64,000 nucleotides of DNA, from NCBI GenBank assembly GCA_965262915.1, contig OZ253564.1:3584001-3648000 (forward strand), in the 5' to 3' direction. This DNA comes from Candidatus Spongiisociaceae bacterium (GTDB lineage Bacteria > Actinomycetota > Acidimicrobiia > Spongiisociales > Spongiisociaceae). Both the position numbers and the translations under genes were made by a program. The notes under the pieces are model-generated. The model was given only the letters and a program-made list of their open reading frames with translations. It made no database searches and was not told the DNA's origin. Shown here in pieces: positions 39,810 to 50,386 of the stretch. The number at the start of each line of letters is the position of its first letter. The stretch's first letter is position 1.

Positions 39810-40643
39810 ATGATCATTGACATGCACGCAAACCTCCTCCCCGATGAGCCGGAAGCCATCGAGCAGATGCGCTACATCGGCAACGTGATCGCCGATCCAG
39901 CTCAATGTACGCTGTCAGGTACCCTCGACCGCCTCGACACTCACGGCATAGATCGAGCAGTGGTATGGCGTATCGGCAGATCGGCCGGCGAGTGTCGACG
40001 CAACAATGAGTTCATCGCCGACGCCGCGGCGCTCCATCCCGATCGGCTCATTCCCTTCGCGACCGTGTGGCCACACGACCCGAACGAGGCGGCCACCGAG
40101 GCGGAGCGCGCCGTCCTCGAATTGGGGATGAGAGGTATCAAGCTGCATCCGGTGCTGATGGAGGAAGAGATAGGAGGGTCCGGGTTTCTCACGGTGGTCG
40201 AGTGCGCTCGGGAGTTGGGGGTTCCTTTCGTGACCCACGTCAACCTCACGGTTCTGGGCCAGCTCACGCCAGGCGGTCCGTACACAGCAGCCGATCGGCC
40301 GCGTCCCGAGGACCGATCCCGGTTCGCGGAGCCGGAGGGACTCTCGGAGGTCCTGAAAGTGTGGGACTCCCCCCAGGTACAGGCCGCACATATGGGGGGA
40401 CTCTGGCTCGACGAGGTCCGCTCGTCGACGATCACGTTCCAGACCACCGGCGCATCGCGCCACGTCCTCCAGTGGGCGGTCGACACGATCGGCGCCGAGA
40501 GGATCGTCTTCGGCGCCGACTACCCGTTCTACTTCGTCGACGACGAGCTGGCCAAGGTGAACGCTCTGGAGGCGTCGCGCGCCGAGAAGGGAGCGATCCT
40601 CTCCGGCAACGCACTCACGCGGGTCCTGTCCCTCCCTGCGTAG
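39810..40643 (+). CDS. Amidohydrolase_2 family protein
   Basis: IDMHAN, GIKLHP, AHMGG, FGADYP. Confidence 0.85.
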   Translation: MIIDMHANLLPDEPEAIEQMRYIGNVIADPAQCTLSGTLDRLDTHGIDRAVVWRIGRSAGECRRNNEFIADAAALHPDRLIPFATVWPHDPNEAATEAERAVLELGMRGIKLHPVLMEEEIGGSGFLTVVECARELGVPFVTHVNLTVLGQLTPGGPYTAADRPRPEDRSRFAEPEGLSEVLKVWDSPQVQAAHMGGLWLDEVRSSTITFQTTGASRHVLQWAVDTIGAERIVFGADYPFYFVDDELAKVNALEASRAEKGAILSGNALTRVLSLPA

Positions 40644-40762
40644 TAGGGTCTTTGCGACCACCCCTGACCAGGCACATCGCCCGAGAGCACGAGACGACGT
40701 CACCTCTAGTACTAGCCCTGATTCACTCATACTGGGGGGTGCCCCGTTTGTTGGGGGGTCGG

Positions 40763-40813
40763 TGCGATGATGGGGGTGGCCCCCCGGTCCAAGGGGCCAC
40801 CCCCATCATCGCA
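40763..40813. repeat. Perfect 21-bp inverted repeat between convergent genes
   Basis: TGCGATGATGGGGGTGGCCCC / GGGGCCACCCCCATCATCGCA with a 9-nt loop. Confidence 0.85.
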
Positions 40814-41483
40814 GGCAGCCCCCAAAGGAAAGAGCCATTCCATTATGAGTGAAATTCAATGATCGAGACTGGTGACTTTCAATGATCGTCAACATGGTGT
40901 CTTCGAGGAAGAGACGCTCCGGGATGTGGACAAGCCAGCGCTCGTATTGTTCGTAGCTCCAGCCGAGATCCTCGATAAGCCTGCGGACAACCGGTGCACT
41001 GTCGATGGCGAGGATCAGATCGATGGCCTCGTCTTTGGAGACATCTGCGCGAAGAACTTCGGGTGGAAAGAGGATGTCGAATACTGTTTCGGAGTCTTGC
41101 CGCTTGCCTTGCACTGCTTGGTGGGCGAGTTCTCGGAGCCTGGTGTCGGTGGCGATCGTGTCGAAGATCATGGTCTCGAACTCCAGCATTCCGGATTCCC
41201 ACATTGCTCTCGAGAGTCGGGCGGCTATGCGCATCCGCTGTCTCGGGTCGGTTTCGAGGCGTAGGGCACTCCACGCCTCAGACTCGCCGATGGAAACAGG
41301 GTCCTCCTGTCAGGCGACAACCCGCTCGGCTACTGCATAGAGCAAAGAAGTCCTATCTCCGAAAGCGTCGTAGACAGTCTGTCGGGCCACTTGGGCATGC
41401 TCGGCGATTGCCTCGATCGATGTGGCGGCGTACCCCTTCTCCAGAAACAGCTGGTGTGCCGCGTCGAGGATTGCCCGTCGAGT
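40806..41483 (-). pseudogene. TetR-family regulator, frameshifted and 5'-fused to an AstE fragment
   Basis: TRRAILDAAHQLFLEKGYAATSIEAIAEHAQVARQTVY HTH stops at 41310; the C-terminal domain (..GWSYEQYERWL) continues in another frame. Confidence 0.75.
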
Positions 41484-41972
41484 CGCATCACCGGTGCGGT
41501 GGGTAATGATGAAACAATCTATGTCCTCGTCCCACTCCCCTCCGTGCACATCGATCACGGCATATGAGCGTTCTATGAATTCGGTTGTGATCTTGTGGGC
41601 TATCCGCTATGTCAGGGTGGCGTCTGGCTTGCCTGGCCATCCACAATTCAGATTCTTGCCATCAAGCGGATTGACGTAGGCGCTATGCCCTTCCAATGCG
41701 GCACTATCGGCGCAGAGAACCACTCGAACCGAGCCTTTAAGGCTCGCCTGATCGATTTCATACCCAAACTCTAGAGTTCCCTCCTGTGCCGCATATTCAG
41801 TACCGTGAGCGCCCCCGATCACTGCCACACCTGGACCTTCCTCGTCTCCGACTGCAACTCCTACTGGGATCTGTGCTGTGTAGTTGTAGCTCGGAACATC
41901 GATCTCGAATGTGACGATCTCTTTACTTGCCACATCCTCGACTCCGATCGGTGTAGCCGCTCGGAAGGTCAA
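41484..41972 (-). pseudogene. Succinylglutamate desuccinylase/aspartoacylase (AstE/M14) N-terminal fragment
   Basis: GGAHGTEY, DGKNLN, in-frame TAG at 41607-41609, then IDVHGG; truncated by fusion to TetR. Confidence 0.75.
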
Positions 41973-41978
41973 CTGGCA

Positions 41979-43043
41979 TTATGAAACCGTTCCTTGGTAC
42001 TCCATCACACGTTCACCGTCCCGACGCTTAACCTGATACCAGCTGACCGGAGCATCAAGACGTTCACCATCGGCATCGAACCTGATAGTGCCTGTTACAC
42101 CGTCGTAGGGGAAGAGAGAGCGAAATGCGTTCAACACCGCTGAGCGCGTGGCCTCTCCTGCTTTGGCAAGGGCATCAACGATGAGACAGACACTGTCGTA
42201 GGCCTCGGGGCTGTAGGTGCTGTCCTCGGGCCACCGAGCGACATACGCGTCCCTGAGTCCTTTCGCCGACGGTAGACGTCGGAAGTCCGCTCCCGAGTGC
42301 GTGTGAAAGGCTTCTGCCCGCGGGTCACCACCTCCGAGGAAAAAGGAGGTCTTGAGGCCGTCGGTTCCTAAGAATGCCGCATCCACACCAGCCTGGCGAA
42401 TTGCCGACGAGACAAGCAGACCCTCCGTGGCGTGTACGGCGAAGAAGACTACATCGGGCGATGAGTCAGACACGACCTCGGCCAGACCGGAGAAGTCCGT
42501 TGCTCCGTCGCCATACCCTTCACGTGCGACGATCATCCCACCAAGTTCACTGAATGCTTCGCTGAACTTGTCAGCAACGGTGGTTCCGAAGGCATCGCCA
42601 TCATGCACGACCGCGGCTTTGTGTGCGACAAGCTCGCAACGCGCCAGCCTTGCGAGCGCGGAGCCCTGTACGATTTCGTTGGGCACCAGGCGGTAAAAGG
42701 TCCTGAAGCCTTGTTGACATAGATCGGGATGGGATGCACACGGGCTGACCTGGAGCAGGCCAGCGTCATCGAAAATCGGGGTGTTGGCGAAGGCTTCCGT
42801 TGAGCCCATCGGACCGACGACCGCGATGAAACGGTCGTCCGCAACGACGGTTTCAGCGAGTAGGGCCGCCTGGTCGGGATCGCCGTGATCGTCGAACATC
42901 ACCCAGTCGATGGGAGGGTGCAAATCTGTTCGCCTAGCGGCGTGTTCCATGGCTAAGAGAAAGCCACGGAACGATGGCAGTGTCAGTGCGGTCCCGTACG
43001 AACGTGAGCCGATCGAGAGTGCGATTCGCGCTCTGTCAACCAT
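41979..43043 (-). CDS. LivJ/AmiC-type periplasmic-binding-fold protein without signal peptide
   Basis: DDHGDP, VVGPMGS, RLVPNE, DAFG, GTDG, EAYD, GVTGTIRFDADGE; ATG 43043 after GAGGAGG. Confidence 0.82.
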   Translation of the reverse strand: MVDRARIALSIGSRSYGTALTLPSFRGFLLAMEHAARRTDLHPPIDWVMFDDHGDPDQAALLAETVVADDRFIAVVGPMGSTEAFANTPIFDDAGLLQVSPCASHPDLCQQGFRTFYRLVPNEIVQGSALARLARCELVAHKAAVVHDGDAFGTTVADKFSEAFSELGGMIVAREGYGDGATDFSGLAEVVSDSSPDVVFFAVHATEGLLVSSAIRQAGVDAAFLGTDGLKTSFFLGGGDPRAEAFHTHSGADFRRLPSAKGLRDAYVARWPEDSTYSPEAYDSVCLIVDALAKAGEATRSAVLNAFRSLFPYDGVTGTIRFDADGERLDAPVSWYQVKRRDGERVMEYQGTVS

Positions 43044-43093
43044 TCCAGCCTCCTCGTGTGGTGCTAATCCTCGTGTGGCGCTTCTACCAACAT

Positions 43094-43330
43094 TCACGAA
43101 CTCCCGGACCAGCAAGGGCAGAATCCCCTGGTGCTCACTAGTCCGTAAGCGGGTTTCAGCGCACCCGCGCCCCAGTATGACGCGGGGAGGCTAACGGAAC
43201 CGCCTGTATCAGTTCCCACGGCTCCGTAGCGGAAACCGGATATCCCACCGGCCGCCGAACCGAACCGACCGGGCGGGGTTGGCTGCAACCGCCAGCTGTG
43301 AAACACCATCCCCGAGGACGGCCGGCCTGA
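43094..43330 (-). pseudogene. Amidase-signature enzyme remnant
   Basis: GAVGTDTGGSVSLPASYWG..LKPAYGLVS is the amidase signature; the rest of the gene is missing. Confidence 0.7.
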
Positions 43331-43350
43331 GAACCGTGGGCACTTGAGAG

Positions 43351-45117
43351 TCAGCGACTCGATCGCACTGCTTCCGTCCCGATAGCGTCGACCACCCACC
43401 CTCGATCCGGCAACCGCTCAAGCACGACACCATAGTCTCTCTTCGCCGCTTCTTGAGACACCCAGCCCGCATGGACGTCGCGCAGGACCAGATCGGGCGA
43501 TCGGTCATAGGGATCTCCGTATCCACCGCCACCTGAGCCTATTCCGACCACCCGCTCCCCATCCCGTACCACCTGCGACGAGACAACGGCTGGGAGAGGC
43601 CGCCACTCATCGCCCTCCGAAACAACGAAGGCTCGGCACGAAGTGCCTTCGGGTGCCCCCCGTACTCCCTTAGGAGGCGTCTCATGACCGTCCGATGGGA
43701 AGGAGAGGCTCAGCGTTCCCCCGTTCGGGCCAATCGAAATGCGCGTTGCCGGACCGCCCCGGAATCTCCCTGGGCCGGCGGAGTCCTGCTCGACCCGATT
43801 CTCCCAGTAGATGACTGGATACTTCTGCTCGTCTATTTCGATGGAATCACGGTAGATCAGACCTGCGGCGACGGGCACGCCATAGGTGAGCCAACCATCA
43901 TTTCGACTCGTTGCCGGCCCGCCGTTGCCCAAGAATAGAATCTGATTCTGGAACACGTCGCCTTCACGACCCGGCCTCCGGTCAATACCCGCGATGACGC
44001 AGTGGTGAACGCCCAGGCCGAGCCCACCCTCCGCTAACCCGATCCCGTCTGTCAGTTCCGCAAATGCACTCTGAATCATGTTGACGAGCCGGTCCGCGAT
44101 ATTGGTAGTCGAGAGAGATGCGGAGTATGGATGCTTGACAATTCCAGCCACGCAGTTCTCCCGGAGTTTTAGGGAGATGCGATCCAGACTGCCAGAGTTG
44201 ACAGGAACGTCGCCACCCAACACGTTCATAAGACCTATCAGAACGCTGGCCATACAGGTCGCTTCCGTCTGATTGAGCCCAGCGGGTATGCAATCCGGAT
44301 TATCGCGCAGATCGACCTCGATTCTTCCCTCATCGCCATCCACCACAATCTCAGCTTTGAGATCGACACCTTCAGGAACGCTTGGAATAGGGTCGTGGGC
44401 ACCACGCACGGTGATCCGGCCACTGGGCAGGGTCCGAATTGCCGACACCATGCGGCGTTTGGAGTATTCGAACCAGGCGTCGAGGAATTCTAGAATCACC
44501 TCATCGCCGTACTCCTCGACTAGCTCGATCAGACGCCTTTCGCCGATACGGCAGGCGCCGATCTGAGCCTTAAAATCACCATACCATTGATCTGGTATAC
44601 GTATCCGTCGCTTGCACATCCGAATGATTTCATGGACATCGGTGAAGTCCCTCTGAACGCGCACGCAAGGGAAGTTCAACGCACCTTCACGGTAGATGTC
44701 CTGAGCCTCCGCGTCGTACGTGGTCGGGTGGTAATTGCCACAATCGGCTTGATGTGCCTTGGCGCACACCGTGAAGAGGTGCTTTCCTTCTACGAATACA
44801 GGCACCATTACGGTGTAGTCGGCATGATGTGTGCCGCCATCATAGGGATCATTATGGAGAAATGCATCCCCTGGAGCGAGGTCGTCATAGTAGAGATTCA
44901 GTCCCCTCGTTTCCAACAGACTGCCTATGACATGAGTTGGGAGAGCCTCAGGAGCAGCGATCAACTCTCCGGCAGCGGTCATGATCGAACATGTGAAGTC
45001 GCGCGCGACTGTAATCACAGCTGATCGCCCGGAACGCAAGAGGGTATCGGTAATCTCGCGTGCGATAGCATCAAATCTGTTTCCGAGAACGGCTAGCCTG
45101 ATCGCATCAATCGACAT
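43351..45117 (-). CDS. Hydantoinase B / oxoprolinase family protein
   Basis: ARDFTCSI, NDPYDGGTHHAD, KAHQADCG, SAGPGRFRGG, GGGGYGDP. Confidence 0.92.
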   Translation of the reverse strand: MSIDAIRLAVLGNRFDAIAREITDTLLRSGRSAVITVARDFTCSIMTAAGELIAAPEALPTHVIGSLLETRGLNLYYDDLAPGDAFLHNDPYDGGTHHADYTVMVPVFVEGKHLFTVCAKAHQADCGNYHPTTYDAEAQDIYREGALNFPCVRVQRDFTDVHEIIRMCKRRIRIPDQWYGDFKAQIGACRIGERRLIELVEEYGDEVILEFLDAWFEYSKRRMVSAIRTLPSGRITVRGAHDPIPSVPEGVDLKAEIVVDGDEGRIEVDLRDNPDCIPAGLNQTEATCMASVLIGLMNVLGGDVPVNSGSLDRISLKLRENCVAGIVKHPYSASLSTTNIADRLVNMIQSAFAELTDGIGLAEGGLGLGVHHCVIAGIDRRPGREGDVFQNQILFLGNGGPATSRNDGWLTYGVPVAAGLIYRDSIEIDEQKYPVIYWENRVEQDSAGPGRFRGGPATRISIGPNGGTLSLSFPSDGHETPPKGVRGAPEGTSCRAFVVSEGDEWRPLPAVVSSQVVRDGERVVGIGSGGGGYGDPYDRSPDLVLRDVHAGWVSQEAAKRDYGVVLERLPDRGWVVDAIGTEAVRSSR

Positions 45118-45128
45118 AGTATGCTTCG

Positions 45129-47228
45129 TTACTGCTCGGTCGCTTCATCCGCACTTATCGGGCGCGCAACGTAGTTTCCGTGTTCCGTCACATCAACACC
45201 ATAGTCCGGATATACTACGAGTGTAGTCGTCGGTTCCTGTATGATAGCAGGACCCACAATCCTGCAGCCTCTATCTAGAGTCCGGCCCTGAAACACCGGT
45301 ACAGCCTCGTATCGTTCTGAACCAAAATAGGCTAATCTATGATCCAACACGCTTACGTTACTCCCTTGAGTTTGCGGTCTGCGCTGTATCGCAGGCGGTT
45401 GGCCGAGTTTTGCGGTCCGCCGAGCCTTCCAGTTCACAAACTCCACCTCATCTGTTTGCTCGAATCCGAAGACTCTCTTGTGAAGTCGTGAGAACTCCTC
45501 GACGAGAGTCACAATATCTCGCTCCGAATCAAAGTGCTTTCTGGTCATCGGTATTTGTAGCTCCCACACTTGATGCCGGTAGCGAGCATCAACGACGAAC
45601 TCATTCTCAATGTCCGAGATCTCGAGTCGAGCCTCGAGTTCGGACGTGAATTCGGACAGTGTTCTCGTCAAACCAGACAGCGTGTCGTTGATGCCATCAG
45701 TGTCGAAGTCTTTAGAGGATGTGAAGTGACTCGTTGAGAACTCTGCTATCAGGTCAGTGAATTGACCACCACATGCAGTCAGGGCCCCGGCGGTACGAGG
45801 TACTAACACATACTGGCAACCAAGCTCGCGGGCGATCGACAAGATATTGAGCCCCGCCGCCCCCCCACCAGCGACCAGCAAACAGTCACGGGGATCTACG
45901 CCTTCCGCCACCGTGATCGATTGTATGGCCCTGATCATGTGTTGATTTGCGATGGTCAGAATTGCCCAGGCGGCCTTCTCTACTGACTCGTTCAACGAAG
46001 AACCCAGGTCCGACACGACCGCACGTGCGGCTTCCACATCCAAACCCATGCTCCCGCCGAGGAAGTATTCGGGGTCGAGATAGCCCAAGACAACAGCCGC
46101 ATCCGTCACGGTCGGCATGGTTCCGCCGTGCCCGTAGCATGCCGGGCCGGGTGAAGCACCCGCGCTATGGGGTCCGACCCTCAACAGGCCGCCATCGTCG
46201 ATCCAAGCTATCGAACCTCCCCCGGCGCCGATACTGTGCGTCTTTACAGATGAGACCCCGAACAAGTGTCCGGTAAACCGGTCTCCGATCCAATTCTCTC
46301 TCGTTGTCAGAATCGAGCCACCACGGATAAGACTTACGTCGAAACTGGTTCCTCCTGCGTCACAGACAATGATGTCGGCATGCGTCTGATCTGCTTCTGC
46401 TTGCGAATAGGCCCAACCAGCGACCGGCGCCAACGCCGGCCCAGCCCCCAGCGTATAGACCGGCCGCTCGATGAGGTCATTCATGTGACCGACCCCTCCA
46501 TAGGATGTCCCCAACAGCAGCTCACCGCCGAAACCCGATTTCCGTAGACCACTCTCGACGTTCACTAGATGAGCGACCATTTCTGGTTTGAGCGAGGCGT
46601 CGATCGCGGTCGTCGAAGCACGAGGATACTCGCGGACTACTGGGTTGACGCTGTGAGAGAGACTATAGGGTATGTCCCCCAATTCCTCTCGGATTATCTC
46701 CCCGATTATGAGCTCATGACTGGGATTAACTACAGACCACAGGAAGCAGACACCGATAGCCTCGGCCTTCAGCTGCCTTATAATCCTACGGGATCCACCT
46801 TCGTCTAGGGCCCTGACTACTCGCCCCGCCGCATCAATCCGCTCCGGGATCTCATATGTTAATGAACGAGGAATATATGGCTCGGGGAAATCCAGGTGCA
46901 GATTAAAGGTACCCAGCTTGCCTCCGCCGCGTAGTGTGAGAATATCGGCAAATCCTTCGGTCACGAGAAGAGCGGTTTTCGCTACCTTCTTCTGGATCAC
47001 CGCGTTCACAGGATGAGTAGTGGTGTAGTTAACAAGGTCGGAGGACTCAAGCAGTCTTTCGATCGTTATACCACGATCCGATGCTGCTCGGCTCAGTGCC
47101 GTACTGATTCCCTCGTATATATCCGCGTTGTTAGTCGGAGCCTTAGCTACTGTGAGAGATCCATCCCTATCAGCAACGACGACGTCGGTGAAGGTCCCGC
47201 CCGTGTCGACAGCAATTCGATACCTCAT
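45129..47228 (-). CDS. Hydantoinase A / oxoprolinase family protein
   Basis: VDTGGTFTD, DAGGTSFD, IGAGGGSIA, SAGASPGPACYG, PTVTDA. Confidence 0.92.
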   Translation of the reverse strand: MRYRIAVDTGGTFTDVVVADRDGSLTVAKAPTNNADIYEGISTALSRAASDRGITIERLLESSDLVNYTTTHPVNAVIQKKVAKTALLVTEGFADILTLRGGGKLGTFNLHLDFPEPYIPRSLTYEIPERIDAAGRVVRALDEGGSRRIIRQLKAEAIGVCFLWSVVNPSHELIIGEIIREELGDIPYSLSHSVNPVVREYPRASTTAIDASLKPEMVAHLVNVESGLRKSGFGGELLLGTSYGGVGHMNDLIERPVYTLGAGPALAPVAGWAYSQAEADQTHADIIVCDAGGTSFDVSLIRGGSILTTRENWIGDRFTGHLFGVSSVKTHSIGAGGGSIAWIDDGGLLRVGPHSAGASPGPACYGHGGTMPTVTDAAVVLGYLDPEYFLGGSMGLDVEAARAVVSDLGSSLNESVEKAAWAILTIANQHMIRAIQSITVAEGVDPRDCLLVAGGGAAGLNILSIARELGCQYVLVPRTAGALTACGGQFTDLIAEFSTSHFTSSKDFDTDGINDTLSGLTRTLSEFTSELEARLEISDIENEFVVDARYRHQVWELQIPMTRKHFDSERDIVTLVEEFSRLHKRVFGFEQTDEVEFVNWKARRTAKLGQPPAIQRRPQTQGSNVSVLDHRLAYFGSERYEAVPVFQGRTLDRGCRIVGPAIIQEPTTTLVVYPDYGVDVTEHGNYVARPISADEATEQ

Positions 47229-47429
47229 CGAAGTTCTACGGGATCAAAGAATGGTTTAAGGGATCTTACCGAGTGGTTGCAGTGTTGTGCACTAGTCATC
47301 ATCTATTGTAATGCTAGCTAGGTAAGTGGCTGCAGGCAATCATAGGAGCTCTTCGCGAAAGGGTGGGGAGTAGCGGATCTGCCAGGGGGAGGCGGAATCC
47401 GCCAGAAATGATGGGGGGTCCTCCATAAT

Positions 47430-47760
47430 CGGTTGCCGGTAAATGACATCCGAGTCAGGTGGACCCTGGTGGTGGCTGATCCGACGCCGTGCGTGCGACT
47501 GCGGGTAGGCTTGGGCGAGGTGGAGATGGGCGGCATCGACGATGCGCGAAGGGCCGCTGGAGGTGGTGGTTCCCTCTCGTAGAGCCCGCCCGGCCTCTGG
47601 GGTCTTTGGTGGTAGGGTGTAGTCTAAGGGCTATCGGTCGGGGTGTTGGTGGACTTGCCGCCGTTCGGTCGGCCGATGCGGTTGTGGTGGCAGAAGCAGC
47701 GCTGGACGTGCCCTGATGCCGAGTGTGGTGTGTGATCGTTCATCGAACACGACTCACCGC
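47430..47760 (+). pseudogene. ISL3 transposase N-terminal remnant
   Basis: LVDLPPFGRPMRLWWQKQRWTCPDAEC zinc-finger-region motif; broken frames. Confidence 0.6.
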
Positions 47761-47986
47761 CGCCCACGTAGGCATCAGCGACCGGGGCCGAACATGCCTA
47801 CGTGGCCTCCTCGACGCCGGCGACCCCCACGGAGAAGTCCGCACCGCCTGAGTACGCCAAGCAACCCGTCGGGGCATCTACGGGATCGACAGCCCCGCTG
47901 CCGATGTCGACCTCGTTCTCGTCCGGGGCTGGACCCAATCTGCTGTATAGTTGTCAACGATTTACCTCCAAGGTCGGAGGGAGAAC

Positions 47987-49300
47987 ATGGCATCTCCAAG
48001 GGCGGCCTCTGAAGAGCTCATCGCGCTTGAAACCGGGCTCCTCGCGGCGTCTTTCAAGAATCCACAGTTCCCGCTTTCCATTGCCCGATCCGAAGGTAGG
48101 CGGATTTGGGATGAAGACGGAAATGAGTATCTCGACTTCACGGGTGCGGCAGCGGTAGCGCTCACCGGATACCACGAGCCACGACTCGACAGATCGCTAG
48201 CGGAGGCCATATCGACCCATTGGTTCCATGTGAGCCCGTTGGCAACGTCGAAGCCGGTGCTCGCCCTGGCCCAAGATCTGCTCCACCTTCTCTCTATGCC
48301 TTTTGAATCACGGGTGTGGTTCGGTGTGTCTGGAAGTGAGGCCATGGACTTTCTCTTCAAGGCTATCCCCTTGGCATCCGGGAGGCAGCGAGCAATAGCG
48401 TTTATCGGTGGCTTCGCTGGAACGACTACAGGCTCATCCATGATCTCCGGTTTTCCAACACATGCCAGAGCGATGAACAGCCCCTTCGTCACGAAGGCCC
48501 CGTTTCCTAATGGATATCGGTGTCCTATGGGCTCAAGCTCAGACTTAGAAAGCGCCAAACTGTGTCTTGACTTCCTGGACGACCACCTGCTGACGTCCGT
48601 ATCCCCTGCAGACGAGACTGGTGCAATCTTCGTGGAGGCTGTCCAGGCAGACAACGGAGCCGTCCGACCGCACGACTACTTCTTGCAGGGCCTAAGGAAG
48701 ATCTGCGATCGATACGGCATCTGGCTTGTCCTAGATGAAGTCAAGGTCGGCCTTGGCCGTACTGGACGTATGTTCGCCTATGAGCATGCGAACATAGAGC
48801 CGGATGCAGTGGTCCTCGGGAAGGCGTTAGGGGGAGGTCTGCCACTGTCCGCCGTCGTCGGACGCTCTGAAATACTCGATCTCAATATGATGATCAATTC
48901 GACGATGGGTGGGCATCCTGCGGCCTGCGCGACATCATCGACCTTGCTATCTATCATTGCCGAGGACTCCCTCGTGGATAGAGCAGCTACTGCCGGGCGC
49001 CGCCTGTTGGATGGCCTGAAAGAGCTCGAGGCCACACACTCTGTCGTTGGAGACTGCCGCGGTCTTGGTCTTGAGATTGGAATCGAACTCGTGGTCGATC
49101 ACAACGACAAGACTCCGGCGCCGGCTATAGCGCGAAGTGTTGTTAAAGCAGCGTTCGAGGCAGGACTGATCGTTACAACTGCTGGAGTTTTCGGGAACGT
49201 TCTGGAGCTCTCACCGCCTCTGAACGTGACCGGAGACGAGATCGAAGAGGCTGTCGGTATCCTCGATCAGAGTATCGCTGTTGCCACCACTACAACCTAA
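47987..49300 (+). CDS. Class III aminotransferase
   Basis: SGSEA, EAVQADNG, DEVKVGLGRTG, GKALGGG, TMGGHP. Confidence 0.88.
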   Translation: MASPRAASEELIALETGLLAASFKNPQFPLSIARSEGRRIWDEDGNEYLDFTGAAAVALTGYHEPRLDRSLAEAISTHWFHVSPLATSKPVLALAQDLLHLLSMPFESRVWFGVSGSEAMDFLFKAIPLASGRQRAIAFIGGFAGTTTGSSMISGFPTHARAMNSPFVTKAPFPNGYRCPMGSSSDLESAKLCLDFLDDHLLTSVSPADETGAIFVEAVQADNGAVRPHDYFLQGLRKICDRYGIWLVLDEVKVGLGRTGRMFAYEHANIEPDAVVLGKALGGGLPLSAVVGRSEILDLNMMINSTMGGHPAACATSSTLLSIIAEDSLVDRAATAGRRLLDGLKELEATHSVVGDCRGLGLEIGIELVVDHNDKTPAPAIARSVVKAAFEAGLIVTTAGVFGNVLELSPPLNVTGDEIEEAVGILDQSIAVATTTT

Positions 49301-49483
49301 GAATAGCGAAACGGGTTCAGCCGCTTGATCGCATCCTTTAGCGCGCTATCACAAGTAGATTCGCTACATCGGTCGAGCCCCGACCAACTGATGCCGTATA
49401 CCACCCTAGACTATTTCCAGATAGCATCAACTTAGCCTGACACATTCTCGATTCTTTGGCTACGGTACGCCATTACGTGTGAT

Positions 49484-50368
49484 CTACTGGAGAGCCGAGG
49501 AGGGGGCGGCGGTCGGTAGATTCCGTCGTAGTGAGCGAATTATTAGCACTACGTATATAGCAACTAGCATCGCGGCCGTCAAGAAGAACACGATTCCAAG
49601 AGCAAAGAGTGAGGGGGTGACCCTGATTCGAGCAGCAGATACCAAATCGAGTGGGAGTGTCCGGTCGCTTGCCATGATGAATATGGAGCGTGTGAATTCA
49701 TCCAAACTGAGCATGAAAGCGAAGAGCAGAGAGCCAGCGATGGCTGGTCGCATCACGGGAAACGTTACATGAAGCCATGTCTTCAGGCGGCTCGCTCCCA
49801 GCGTATAGGCTGACTCTTCCAGCCGACGGTCGAACCTTCTGAACATGACCACGAGGAAGATGAAACAAAACGGCAGGGTCCAAGTCACGTGGATCGGCAG
49901 ACCGGTGACAAACAGTCCTGGTGTGATACCTAGTTCACCCGCAAGCGACACCGTACCAACGCTCAACGCTAGCCCTGGTACCACTAGGGCGACAATCATA
50001 GTGTAAGCAATGATTGAATGGCCCCGGAATCGCGTTCGATAGGCCTGTGCAGCCATCAAAGCCAAGAATGTGGATACTAACGCCGTCGTTGTCGCGAGTA
50101 CCAGGGATCTCACAATCGACGGACGGAAGTCTGTAAGAGGCTGGCCCCGATATGCGGGATGCTCGGTAATCGCTCTCAGGTCGATCAGTGACTCATACCA
50201 AATCAACGTCGGCTCGGTGATTGGAAGGGTGACGCCACCAAGGGGACCCTGAAAGGACAAAACAATCGACAGCAGAATCGGTGCATAAACACCTGCGAAG
50301 ACGAGGACAGCCGGAACGCCGAGAAGGAGGCGGGCACGCTTGCTCAATCGAAGATCGCGACTACTCAC
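49484..50368 (-). CDS. PotC-like ABC permease
   Basis: LEESAYTLGAS, LSLDEF, TLP. Confidence 0.9.
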   Translation of the reverse strand: MSSRDLRLSKRARLLLGVPAVLVFAGVYAPILLSIVLSFQGPLGGVTLPITEPTLIWYESLIDLRAITEHPAYRGQPLTDFRPSIVRSLVLATTTALVSTFLALMAAQAYRTRFRGHSIIAYTMIVALVVPGLALSVGTVSLAGELGITPGLFVTGLPIHVTWTLPFCFIFLVVMFRRFDRRLEESAYTLGASRLKTWLHVTFPVMRPAIAGSLLFAFMLSLDEFTRSIFIMASDRTLPLDLVSAARIRVTPSLFALGIVFFLTAAMLVAIYVVLIIRSLRRNLPTAAPSSALQ

Positions 50369-50386
50369 GTGGTCGGCCGTTTAGCT

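Noticed and set aside
40724-40733. CACTCATACT identical to the outer IS110 left junction (54410-54419)
   Set aside because: Only 10 bp, with no following bridge-RNA similarity; better explained as part of a local inverted repeat.
47945-47962. TATAGTTGTCAACGAT as a fourth GntR operator
   Set aside because: Too divergent from the 15-mer and differently spaced from the -10 hexamer.
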